Below are positions 1 through 8,629 of a DNA stretch of 64,000 nucleotides, in pieces. The position numbers were made by a program, and so were the translations under genes. The stretch covers positions 1-64,000 of the forward strand of contig JBDRRP010000064.1 of the NCBI GenBank assembly GCA_043825735.1, read 5' to 3'. The notes under the pieces were generated by a model that was given only the letters and a program-made list of their open reading frames with translations, did no database searches and was not told the origin of the DNA. The DNA comes from Pseudomonadota bacterium. GTDB taxonomy: Bacteria > Desulfobacterota > Desulfobacteria > Desulfobacterales > JBDRRP01. Every line of letters starts with the position of its first letter. Position 1 is the stretch's first letter.

Positions 1-138
1 ATCGATTGCGATTCATTGGATCCTATTGCCAGAAAACGTTCGAGGCCTTTTTCTATGTAGCCATGGATGTGACCATGAATACTTTGGGCCTCGTGAGAAA
101 CAGAAATATCAGCTTCTCAACGAATCCCGAAAGTTGAG

Positions 139-558
139 TTAGTAGTATTTACAATCCTCAATTGACGTAATTTTTTCATCATCTATGTCTTTTCCATACA
201 GCTTTTTGAAATCGATATCTTTGGAATCCATAAAAGCGACCTTTGTAGTCCAAGTACCATCATCATTATTTGAATGTTCTATAGATGCAAAATATTTTGA
301 ACCGCGTATCTTGGCAATTTCACAATAGCAATGCACTTCAAAGGAAATGGATGCAAAGGCAGCCCCTTCAATATGCTTGATCTTGCATAAAGAATAGTGT
401 TCGGTTCGCTCGATTTCCTCAAACTCCATTATGAGCGGTTTACCACACACTTTTTCTTTGTTTATTGAATTCTTATACAGATCGGCCGCGTAAGATTGAA
501 CTGTGCATAGCAGGATTATGAAAAACACATACATGCATTTTATGAATCTGTCGTTCAT
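139..558 (-). CDS. Integron cassette-like gene; hypothetical exported protein (139 aa)
   Basis: Visibly AT-rich compared with the window. The start is more likely ATG 558 (GGAGA RBS, MNDRFIKCMYVFFIILLCTVQSYA signal-like) than 582, which overlaps the GTTAAGT core. The TAA stop lies in CTACTAAC, an inverse-core-like sequence. Confidence 0.75.
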   Translation of the reverse strand: MNDRFIKCMYVFFIILLCTVQSYAADLYKNSINKEKVCGKPLIMEFEEIERTEHYSLCKIKHIEGAAFASISFEVHCYCEIAKIRGSKYFASIEHSNNDDGTWTTKVAFMDSKDIDFKKLYGKDIDDEKITSIEDCKYY

Positions 559-573
559 AGAAAAATCTCCGAA

Positions 574-614
574 ACTTAACATTTAAATTATGCAGATGGC
601 TTCTTTTTGATAAA
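574..614 (-). other. Candidate attI recombination site (cassette-proximal)
   Basis: Minus strand reads TTTATCAAAAAGAAGCCATCTGCATAATTTAAATGTTAAGT. It contains a perfect GTTRRRY core (580-574) 16 bp upstream of the cassette ATG. Confidence 0.6.
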
Positions 615-768
615 TCAGGCCAAAATAAGTTTTTAGTGTCTCACTTTTGATACAGCTTGCATCCGTGTTCACCAGATTCCCCAATCTCACGTAATCCTTT
701 ACTTTATCAGAGCTAACGCCGCAACTCATTTTTTAGCGTTTGGCAAGAAATGGCTTCTTTTTGATAAA
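596..768. repeat. 19-bp exact direct repeat ATGGCTTCTTTTTGATAAA (596-614 and 750-768)
   Basis: Both copies read directly. Each precedes a GTT core on the minus strand (GTTAAGT 580-574; GTTAGCT 717-711). Confidence 0.9.
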
Positions 769-806
769 AAACAGTGGATATACAGCCGGCTGCATATGCA
801 ATATTT

Positions 807-2051
807 TCAATATTCGCTCCCATCGTCTATCGGGCTTCTGACTCCGAGGCGATTCGTTTTGGCCACATGTGTATATATCATCGTCGTTTGAATGTTCGCA
901 TGCCCTAGGAGTTCCTGTATCATTCTGACATCACTACCGTTTTCCAGCAGATGTGTCGCAAAACTGTGTCGCAACACATGAATGGTCACCCTTTTATGCA
1001 ATCTTGCGAGGACCGCCGCTTTGCGGACCGCTTTCTGAAGACATGTCGGATGGACGTGATGCCTTCGTATAACTCCCGATACCGGATCCTTGGAGATAGC
1101 ATCCGACGGAAATGCCCAAAACCAAGCCCACTCTTTGGCAGCGTTCGGCATTTTCCGCTGCAAGGCATCAGGTAACGCCACCCCCGGCAAATGACTCGCC
1201 CTGTCTCGCTCATGAATCTTCCGGATTTCATTCAAATGCAAATTCAAATCATGTTTTACGGCACCGGCCATCATTGTTTCCCTGTCTTTATCACCTTTTC
1301 CGCCTCTTACCACAATCGTGTTCCTCTCAAAATCAAGGTCCTTTATCCTTAACCGGAGGCATTCGCTCAACCGTAAACCCGCGCTGTATATCACACGGGC
1401 CATGAGAAGGTTGACGCCGCTCAATTTGCTGAACAACGTGGCCATTTCCTTTTGCGTCAAGACTGTGGGGAGTCTCCTGGTTCGCTTAGCTCTGACCGCT
1501 TCGCTGATATCCTCAACCTCCTTGCCGATGGCATGGCGATAAAAATAGAGCAGCGCATTGAACGCCTGATTCTGTGTTGACTTTGATACGCGACCTTCTA
1601 CAGCCAATTTGGTCAAAAAATCCTTCAAATGGGTGCTTGAAAGTTCATTTGGGGCGGTGCCATTAACAAACCGATAGAAACGACGAACCCATTGCAGATA
1701 CGTTTTCTCCGTTCTCAGCGACAGGTGTTTCAATCGCATCACTTCACGCATCTCCTGCCCGCAGATTTTCCACTGCGCTTTCGCATCCGAGGCTTCAAGG
1801 AGAACCGTTGGCGATCGGCGGTTCAACCAGAAGCGATAAATTTCAATAGCCTCCTGGGCCTGTTTGAGCTGCCAGTCCTGCCGTCGCTTTTCTTCAGATT
1901 TGATAAATCCAGCGACATCGGCTGATGGAATTGGATCGCCCGGCCGCTTTCCTGTATGATTCAAGCACCGGAGCACCCAATGAATATAGAAAACGACCTG
2001 TTTGGGCGGTATGATTCGTTTTTCTAAGAGATAGTCTTTGAACGCTTCCAT
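807..2051 (-). CDS. intI: Integron integrase (tyrosine recombinase)
   Basis: Motifs GLRLSECLRLRIKDLDF, RGGKGDKDR, the IntI-specific patch LPDALQRKMPNAAKEWAWFWAFPS...RRHH, HVLRHSFATHLL and LLGH...TTMIYTHV. GGAGG RBS upstream. Confidence 0.95.
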   Translation of the reverse strand: MEAFKDYLLEKRIIPPKQVVFYIHWVLRCLNHTGKRPGDPIPSADVAGFIKSEEKRRQDWQLKQAQEAIEIYRFWLNRRSPTVLLEASDAKAQWKICGQEMREVMRLKHLSLRTEKTYLQWVRRFYRFVNGTAPNELSSTHLKDFLTKLAVEGRVSKSTQNQAFNALLYFYRHAIGKEVEDISEAVRAKRTRRLPTVLTQKEMATLFSKLSGVNLLMARVIYSAGLRLSECLRLRIKDLDFERNTIVVRGGKGDKDRETMMAGAVKHDLNLHLNEIRKIHERDRASHLPGVALPDALQRKMPNAAKEWAWFWAFPSDAISKDPVSGVIRRHHVHPTCLQKAVRKAAVLARLHKRVTIHVLRHSFATHLLENGSDVRMIQELLGHANIQTTMIYTHVAKTNRLGVRSPIDDGSEY

Positions 2052-2129
2052 AAGGGAGACCTCCGGGGTGTCGTGAATCCGCTAAAAACCGCCTCCCTAT
2101 AAATGGCATAAACCGCGCCAAATCACTGC

Positions 2130-2153
2130 TCCTGTAAAATCAATCGGTTAGGC
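2130..2153 (+). other. Candidate canonical-side attI-like site
   Basis: CCTGTAAAATCAATCGGTTAGGC contains a perfect GTTRRRY (2147-2153). It lies 5' of intI on the opposite strand and resembles the attI1 simple site. No cassette follows. Confidence 0.35.
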
Positions 2154-2162
2154 GCTCGACAA

Positions 2163-2211
2163 ATCAAAAAATGCACTGTTTCCAGTGCATCGTGCACTGT
2201 ATACAGTGCAC
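2163..2211 (-). terminator. Intrinsic terminator of the radical SAM gene, and/or tandem palindromic operator
   Basis: Minus strand ATGCACTG-GAAA-CAGTGCAT-TTTTTG (2190-2165), preceded by the perfect palindrome GTGCACTGTATACAGTGCAC (2192-2211). Confidence 0.6.
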
Positions 2212-2235
2212 CGGGCACCGTTTTGCGCCGTGATG

Positions 2236-4200
2236 TCATTTCCTTTCACGCTCTGAGATTTTCCCGTGGCCACGTGGTTTCACCACCGGCAGTGCGGCGG
2301 CCAACCGGGCGTACAGGGCCGGGCTGACGGCGCGCCGCTCGTGGATGAGATGGTGCCAGATGCCGGCTTCGTTTCGGTAGGTCGTTTCCGCCATGCGTCG
2401 GGCATCGTAGGGGCCTGCGGGGGCTTTTTTTCGCAGGGACGCTGTGACGTTTCTGCGGGTGCCGGCCTGCTTTTTGAACGCCTCGGGCCCGCGCTTTGCG
2501 TAATACAGCAGGGTGTGCGCCGTGGACAGCGCCCCGGCCCAGGGGTAGTCGTGAAGCCACCAGCCGGCCGAGAGGATTTCAATGTTCCGGTCGATCTTAT
2601 CGCTGTCGCCTTCCGTCTTTGCCGCAACCCGCTCCCTGAAGAAAAGACCGGTCTGCCACGTATCGCCATCCAGGTGCCAGATCTCTTCGATACCGAACGC
2701 GTCCGGCTCGGCAGCCACTCGCGATCCGTGACTCAAGCCGAAGCGCCCGCTGATGAACAGCGCAATGTCCCCACGCATCTTTCGGATCCAGGCCAGGGTA
2801 TCCTGGGCGTCTTTCCGGCTTTCAGTGGGAAACTCGGTAAAGCACATGGCCTCCACCGCAATGCCGGCCGCTGCGAGATTTCTGACTGCCGTTGTCATTT
2901 CTTCCAGATTGACGCCCTTGTCGATGAGGCGGATCACCCGCGGTGAGGCCGATTCGATGCCCAGCGCCACCGAAAGCGCGCCGCCGGCCTTCAGCTCACG
3001 GCAGCACTCGGGCGTCAGGGCCGATTCCGGGCGCATGTCCGTGCCCCACCGGATATCGGCCCCGGTTTCCTCCAACGCCGCGGCGACCTGCCGGGCAAAG
3101 GCCGGCGCGAAGGCGTCCTGGGAGAAATAGACGGTGCGCGCCCCCCACCGGTCCGACATCTGTTTCAGGTGCGCTGTCACCTCGCCCGCCGGACGCTGGC
3201 GATAGGCGGCCGTGCCGCGGTGGCTGAGGCCGTAATGGCAGAAGGCGCATTTGCCCCAGTAGCACCCGCGGGTGGGGTCGTATGGGAAGACCACTTCAGG
3301 GGCAAAATATTTTTCCAGTGGCAGCCCCTCGAAATCCGGGGCCGGCAGCCCCGCAAGATCCGCGGCGCGGCTGCCGTGAATCACCGGCGGCGGGGTTTTG
3401 CCGGCCGCCAGCATGCCGGTCAGGTCCAGCAGGGCCGTCTCGCCTTCGAAGAGCACGACCGAGTCGAAGGGCCCTTTCATCTCAGCGATCCGGGCATCGT
3501 CAAATCGGCCCATCAACTGGGTGACCGCCGGGCCGCCCACGGTGACGTGAACCTGCGGCAGGCACTTTTTGATGGCATAGGCAAGGGAAAAGCCGGGCTG
3601 GATCTGCCCCGGAAAAGCCATTGAAATGCCCACCAGGTTGACGCCGGCATCTGCCAACCGGCCCACGAGCGCACCGGTGAAATAGTCGTGAAAGGGGTTG
3701 TTTTCAGAGCGGGCATCGGCGCGGATCTGCGCCTCGGAAAGCAGGGAAAAGGGGGTTCGATAAGCGGTAAAGTCCATGTTCAGGGGGCTGTAGGCGGCGC
3801 TAATGATCCTTAAGGCGGCCATGATGGTCTGGACGGCCTTTTCATATTGATCCGGGTCAAAGAACCGGCGCCCCGAAGGGTCCCTGAGGACAGCGGCGGC
3901 GTCTTCGATACCGGCCGGCACCCAATCGAGGTCGGGCAGCACATCGCTGAGGCGCAGATACAGGAGCTGGTCGGTGTGCCCCAGGGCCGGTTTTCGCTGC
4001 AGCCGCGCCAGGCGTTTTTGGATACGGCGGGCCATGACCGTCAATGGCCCTTTTCTCAAAAGACCGTCAAAGGCCTCCACGTTTGCGTCCACCGGCAGCA
4101 CCGCCACGCCGCGGCTGCGCAGCACCCCGGTGAGCAGGGGCACCGACAAGTAGGGGGCCGTGGGATCGCAGGCCGGCGGATAAATGAGGGCAACAGTCAT
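2236..4200 (-). CDS. B12-binding domain radical SAM protein
   Basis: N-terminal LIYPP...PYLS..LL and GISMAFPGQ/VGGP cobalamin-binding features, plus CYWGKCAFC (CxxxCxxC). Start is 4200 or 4215. Confidence 0.85.
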   Translation of the reverse strand: MTVALIYPPACDPTAPYLSVPLLTGVLRSRGVAVLPVDANVEAFDGLLRKGPLTVMARRIQKRLARLQRKPALGHTDQLLYLRLSDVLPDLDWVPAGIEDAAAVLRDPSGRRFFDPDQYEKAVQTIMAALRIISAAYSPLNMDFTAYRTPFSLLSEAQIRADARSENNPFHDYFTGALVGRLADAGVNLVGISMAFPGQIQPGFSLAYAIKKCLPQVHVTVGGPAVTQLMGRFDDARIAEMKGPFDSVVLFEGETALLDLTGMLAAGKTPPPVIHGSRAADLAGLPAPDFEGLPLEKYFAPEVVFPYDPTRGCYWGKCAFCHYGLSHRGTAAYRQRPAGEVTAHLKQMSDRWGARTVYFSQDAFAPAFARQVAAALEETGADIRWGTDMRPESALTPECCRELKAGGALSVALGIESASPRVIRLIDKGVNLEEMTTAVRNLAAAGIAVEAMCFTEFPTESRKDAQDTLAWIRKMRGDIALFISGRFGLSHGSRVAAEPDAFGIEEIWHLDGDTWQTGLFFRERVAAKTEGDSDKIDRNIEILSAGWWLHDYPWAGALSTAHTLLYYAKRGPEAFKKQAGTRRNVTASLRKKAPAGPYDARRMAETTYRNEAGIWHHLIHERRAVSPALYARLAAALPVVKPRGHGKISERERK

Positions 4201-4239
4201 AGCGCAATCATTCAACCTATTTCAAAAACGAGATTTTTC

Positions 4240-4576
4240 ACCGCAGAGGCGCAGAGAAGGCAGAGAATTATCCGAAATATCAATAATGGATCATCTCCCA
4301 TAAAGTTGATCGATGGATACGGTTCTAAGATCCTATGGCCCGAGTGTCCGAGTTAAAAACAAAACGGCACACTGTCTTCGAACCGTAAAACTTTGCGCCG
4401 CTCTCAGTGGAAGTACGTTTTGAGCGAGTTGCAACTTGCTGCCTATGCCGGCTGCCAACCGGTCAGGATACCGCATGACGCTCAACGCCGTCGCTTGGCC
4501 CCTTGAACCCTTTTATCCAACTATATGGGAGACAACCCTTAACAATTTACCTCTGCGCGCTCTGCGCCTCTGCGGT
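4240..4576. mobile_element. MITE-like element with 26-bp terminal inverted repeats (CGCAGAG family)
   Basis: ACCGCAGAGGCGCAGAGAAGGCAGAG (4240-4265) matches the reverse complement of 4551-4576 at 23/26 positions. The interior is non-coding. Confidence 0.65.
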
Positions 4577-6203
4577 AAGTCCGGGGTTTTAAGGCAGGTT
4601 ATGCTTTGCCGTATTTTTTTGAAGTGTTTTTACACCGGCGGCCATGCCCGGCACGCCGAGAAGCCCTTTTGCTATTCGATCAGCCTTTCAAGTTCGGAAA
4701 CGGGCAATACACAGACGTCTTTGGTCAAGGGATAGAACTCCTCGACCGGGGCGACGACAAAACCGCGTGCTCGAGGCAGGTCCTTCAACGACGACCAGAA
4801 GCCTTTGGATGGGGACGGCGCCTGGCTCAGTTTGATTTCTACGGCCACCAACGGTTTCCTGCCGGAGGGCTCGATGAGCAGGTCTATTTCGGCGCCGGCA
4901 CCGGTGCGATAGAACCAGAAAGGCCAGGATGCCGGCAGCATGGAAATAATCTGCTCAATGACAAAACCTTCCCATGAAGCACCGGCTGAAGGATGCCCCA
5001 GAAGGTCATCGATAGATTCCAGACCTATCAGGCTATGCAGCAGCCCGCTGTCCCTGACATAGACTTTCGGCGTTTTCACGAGTCGTTTTTTTATGTTGGC
5101 ATGGTAGGGAAGCAATTGACGAACCATGAAGGTGTCTTGGAGAATGTCCAGATAATGCCTGACAGTCGGGCCGCTGATGCCCAGGCTATTGGCGATTTTC
5201 TGACCGTTCCAGAGCTGGCCGTGGAGATGGGCCAGCATCATCCAGAAACGCTGAAGGGCGGTTGCAGGTACACGCAGCCCAAGGGCCGGAATATCCCGCT
5301 CCAAGTGCGTGCGAATAAACGCATTGCGCCAGGTAACAGATTGATGGTCGGAATGCGAAAGCAGGCTATCGGGAAATCCGCCGCGTACCCACAGTCGACG
5401 GATCTGGTCGCCGGATCTCTTCAGCTCGGACAGACGCAGGGGAGAAAGTTCATGGTAAATAATCCGGCCCGCAAGGCTTTCGGCCGACTGGCGAATGAGT
5501 GCCGGTGAAGCGGATCCGAGGATCAAAAATCTCCCGCTGTGGCGATCTCTATCGACAAGGGAACGCAGCACGGGAAACAGCTCCGGCATCCGCTGGATTT
5601 CGTCGATGATCACCAGTTTCTCGGTATGCAACTCGAGATAGAGTCCGGGGTTTTCGAGCTTGGCCGCATCTGCGATGCTTTCGAGGTCAAGGTACAGTCC
5701 GGCGTTTCCAAAGCCCTGCAACAGGTGTTTGGCCAGAGTCGTCTTGCCCACCTGACGGGCACCGATCAAGCCAACGATGGGGAAGTTTTTAAGGGAATTC
5801 AAGATATCTGTTTCGATTTGGCGTCGAATCATGAACGATCCTTTCTCACGAACGATAGAAACCATATCGAAAAGCCAAAAACCTTGCAATATTAAAGGCA
5901 GACTTTCACATAACAAGGCAAGGCGGTGCGCCGGGAGGCCACGAGGTTTTATCCTGTGGCCCTGCGCGCAGCGCTGGGTGTCCAAGGAAAAATTGCCAAT
6001 CGGGGATGATCGCAAATTAACGCCGCGCCCGCTGCGCCTTCTCGTCAGGGCATAGCTCTCAGAGCGACTTGTGCGGCGTAGCCCTTTGGGCGAAGACATA
6101 AACCTGATGCGGTGAATCCGGGGTTTGGGACAGGTTATTCCTTCCGGTGTTTCTTTTGAAGTGTTTTTACGCCGAAGGCCACCCCCGCCACCACAAGCAG
6201 CCC
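4571..6203. repeat. Diverged ~96-bp direct repeats (4571-4666, 6108-6203) flanking the AAA ATPase gene
   Basis: Shared blocks TGCGGT..TCCGGGGTTT..CAGGTTAT..TTTTGAAGTGTTTTTAC.CCG..GGCCA..AGCCC. Confidence 0.85.
4672..5832 (-). CDS. AAA+ ATP-binding protein with DUF4143-type C-terminus (386 aa)
   Basis: Walker A GARQVGKT, Walker B IIDEIQ, LGSAS, KRLVKTPKVY.RDSG, GASWEGFV and EIDLL...VEIK. The start is ATG 5832 with an AAAGGA RBS; the ORF-track extension to 6309 is spurious. Confidence 0.9.
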   Translation of the reverse strand: MIRRQIETDILNSLKNFPIVGLIGARQVGKTTLAKHLLQGFGNAGLYLDLESIADAAKLENPGLYLELHTEKLVIIDEIQRMPELFPVLRSLVDRDRHSGRFLILGSASPALIRQSAESLAGRIIYHELSPLRLSELKRSGDQIRRLWVRGGFPDSLLSHSDHQSVTWRNAFIRTHLERDIPALGLRVPATALQRFWMMLAHLHGQLWNGQKIANSLGISGPTVRHYLDILQDTFMVRQLLPYHANIKKRLVKTPKVYVRDSGLLHSLIGLESIDDLLGHPSAGASWEGFVIEQIISMLPASWPFWFYRTGAGAEIDLLIEPSGRKPLVAVEIKLSQAPSPSKGFWSSLKDLPRARGFVVAPVEEFYPLTKDVCVLPVSELERLIE

Positions 6204-6335
6204 CGTCAGCCAAGCCCACCAGGGCAGTACATCGAAGCTGCTGCCCATGAGCACCATGATGATGGTAATCGGCAGGATGCCGATCCCGGTGGTCCACGAA
6301 AACGTCCACCGATGGATGACCCGTTAAAATGCCGG
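6135..6335 (-). pseudogene. 3' remnant of a TVP38/TMEM64 (VTT/DedA-like) membrane protein gene
   Basis: Frame 6317-6135 reads IHRWTFSWTTGIGILPITIIMVLMGSSFDVLPWWAWLTGLLVVAGVAFGVKTLQKKHRKE*. There is an in-frame stop or frameshift at about 6324 and no 5' part. Confidence 0.55.
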
Positions 6336-6361
6336 GATTACCTCAGAGGGCTCCGAGAACG

Positions 6362-6397
6362 CTGGATCCCCGCCTTCGCGGGGATGACAAAAATGAG
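6362..6397 (+). repeat. REP-like palindrome CTGGATCCCCGCCTTCGCGGGGATGAC
   Basis: Hairpin ATCCCCGC-CTTC-GCGGGGAT. A degenerate second copy lies at 10221-10256. Confidence 0.75.
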
Positions 6398-6571
6398 AAA
6401 ATACCATCGTATTAGAGCATACCTGATCCGTTCGTTTGCTTCAATTGCCTACCTGAGTAGTGCTTCGCGCCGGACGCCGAAACTTGCCATTTCGATCCGT
6501 TGTTCTTACACTGACCGGCATGAGCAAGACAGCGGCAGCGGGATTTTCGCCCTGATTAAAGGAGCCCTCCC

Positions 6572-7297
6572 ATGACCCCGACAGATGAGAACACTGTGCT
6601 GATCATCGAAGATGACGCCAACACGTCCGCCTTGGTGGCGCTGTATCTCGAGCGGGAAGGGTTTAAGCCCGTGACCGCGGCCGACGGGGAGGCCGGTCTT
6701 TCGGCGGCTGAAAAGCATAGCCCGGTTCTGGTCATCCTGGATCTGATGCTCCCCCGCATGGACGGGTGGGACGTGTGCCGACGCCTGCGACAACGCACTG
6801 AGGTGCCGGTCATCATGCTCACGGCCCGGGGCGAGGAAATCGACCGTGTTTCAGGGCTGACGCTGGGGGCCGACGACTACGTGGTCAAGCCCTTCAGTCC
6901 GCGGGAGCTGGTGGCGCGGGTCAAGGCCGTCCTGCGACGCGCCGGCACCCCGGTTGCCGGCGGCCGCCGGCTGGTTTACGAAAACATCCTGCTGGACCTG
7001 GACCGGCACCAGCTCAGCGTCGACGGTCTGCCCGTGCCGCTCACCCCCCATGAGTTCACCCTCATAGAAACCCTCATGGCCGCGCCGGGCCGCGCGTTTT
7101 CGCGCGACGCCCTCCTGTCGGCCCTCTACCCCCAGGGGGAGGCCATGGTCATCGAACGGGTGGTGGATGTTCACATCGGCAAGCTCCGCCAAAAAATCGA
7201 ACCGGACCCGTCGGCGCCGCGCCGCATCCTCACCGTTCGGGGAATCGGATACCGGTTCGCCGACCCGGCCCATGGCCCCACGGGGGCATCCCGATGA
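6572..7297 (+). CDS. OmpR/PhoB-family response regulator
   Basis: REC domain (IIEDD, LDLMLP, MLTA, KPF) plus a winged helix (RVVDVHIGKLRQKIE, TVRGIGYRF). Confidence 0.95.
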   Translation: MTPTDENTVLIIEDDANTSALVALYLEREGFKPVTAADGEAGLSAAEKHSPVLVILDLMLPRMDGWDVCRRLRQRTEVPVIMLTARGEEIDRVSGLTLGADDYVVKPFSPRELVARVKAVLRRAGTPVAGGRRLVYENILLDLDRHQLSVDGLPVPLTPHEFTLIETLMAAPGRAFSRDALLSALYPQGEAMVIERVVDVHIGKLRQKIEPDPSAPRRILTVRGIGYRFADPAHGPTGASR

Positions 7298-8373
7298 TCC
7301 GGCACCTCATCATTAAATTGCTGCTCGTTCATCTGGTCATCATCGCATTTGTGATGGTGGTGGTCTGGATCAGCATCGACACGCTGGCCGCCGGGTATTT
7401 CGTCACGCTGATGGAAAAGTACAACATATCCCCGGGGCCGGCCCACGCCATGTTCGTGGGGGCGGTGCACCGGTACCTGCTCTGGGCAAGCCTCGGGGCT
7501 GCGGCCCTGGCCGTGGTGCTCAGCTACGTCATGATGGGCCGGGTGCTGGCCCCGCTCACGCGGATGACCGGCATCACCCGGGAAATCGCCGCGGGCAATT
7601 TCGGTGTCCGGGTACCGGCAGCCGCCGCGGACGAGGTGGGGCAACTGGCCCGGGCATTCAACCGGATGGCCGAAAGCCTCGAGCAGCTCGAAACCCTGCG
7701 CCGGCGTCTCATGATCGATGTGGCCCACGAACTGCGCACCCCGCTCACCAATATCCGCGGTTACCTGGAAGCCCTCGAAGACGGGGTGGTGCCCCCGTCG
7801 GCCAGTACCATCGGCCTGCTTCAGGACGAGACCCTGCGGCTGGCGCAGCTCGTTGAAGACGTCCTCCAACTGGCCCGCGCCGATGCCGCCGGCGCCAGCC
7901 TCCGCCATGACCACGTGGATCTGGCGGAAACGATCCGCACGGTCATGGCCCCCTTTTCGCCGGCCTTTGCCGAAAAATCAGTAGTTGTCGCGGTTCACCT
8001 GCCGCCGGAACCGGTGATTATCGTGGCCGATCAGGACCGCATCGCCCGGACGCTGCGCAACCTTGCCGCCAACGCGGCCCGCTACACCCCGATCGGGGGC
8101 GCGGTGGCGATCCGCCTGGAGGCCGCGCCCCGGTCAATCCGGATCGATTTTGCCAACACCGCGCCCGACGTGGTGCCCGATGACCTGCCGTACCTCTTCG
8201 AGCGCTTTTATCGCGGTGAGAAATCCCGCTCCCGGGATCACGGCGGGGCCGGCATCGGTCTTTCCATCGTCAAGGAGCTGATCAGCGCCCATGGCGGCAC
8301 CGTGGGCGCCTTTCTCGAAGAAGGCCGCCTGCGCATCCGGCTGGAAATCCCCGCATCCCCCCCACCGGTGTAA
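7294..8373 (+). CDS. HAMP sensor histidine kinase (BaeS-like)
   Basis: Two TM helices, HAMP, H-box AHELRTPL, N-box NLAANA, FERFYRG and GAGIGLSIV. ATGA overlap with the regulator. Confidence 0.95.
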   Translation: MIRHLIIKLLLVHLVIIAFVMVVVWISIDTLAAGYFVTLMEKYNISPGPAHAMFVGAVHRYLLWASLGAAALAVVLSYVMMGRVLAPLTRMTGITREIAAGNFGVRVPAAAADEVGQLARAFNRMAESLEQLETLRRRLMIDVAHELRTPLTNIRGYLEALEDGVVPPSASTIGLLQDETLRLAQLVEDVLQLARADAAGASLRHDHVDLAETIRTVMAPFSPAFAEKSVVVAVHLPPEPVIIVADQDRIARTLRNLAANAARYTPIGGAVAIRLEAAPRSIRIDFANTAPDVVPDDLPYLFERFYRGEKSRSRDHGGAGIGLSIVKELISAHGGTVGAFLEEGRLRIRLEIPASPPPV

Positions 8374-8497
8374 GTTTTCCCGGCCAGGAGCGACAGTTGC
8401 TCGGTGTCGTTCCAAAAATGGCGCCTTTCGTCCCCCGGCGACGGTCGCGGCACTTTGCCGTTCGGCCATGGTAGGGACGGGCGTCTGCGTCCGGCAC

Positions 8498-8525
8498 TCT
8501 TTATGAAATCTTTACCGTTTCTTTA
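8498..8525 (+). promoter_or_regulatory. Three TCTTTA direct repeats at 11-bp period (probable OmpR-family binding site) upstream of msrAB
   Basis: TCTTTA at 8498, 8509 and 8520. Confidence 0.6.
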
Positions 8526-8629
8526 AACATGCAAAAATTCGCTGTCTTATGTTCCGTATGACTTGAAGCGGCCACGGGACGACCCGTAGCGACGCGCTCG
8601 CAACCCAGCGGAACATAAGGAGGTGCCCA

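Noticed and set aside
2192..2211. Gammaproteobacterial LexA box upstream of intI
   Set aside because: The spacing is CTGT-N2-ACAG, not CTGT-N8-ACAG.
4216..4670. Cobalamin riboswitch upstream of the B12 radical SAM gene
   Set aside because: No B12-box or conserved core was seen; the region is explained by the inverted-repeat element.
5833..6309. N-terminal 159 aa of the 545-aa ORF-track protein
   Set aside because: It runs through repeats and an out-of-frame pseudogene; the ATPase homology and RBS start at 5832.
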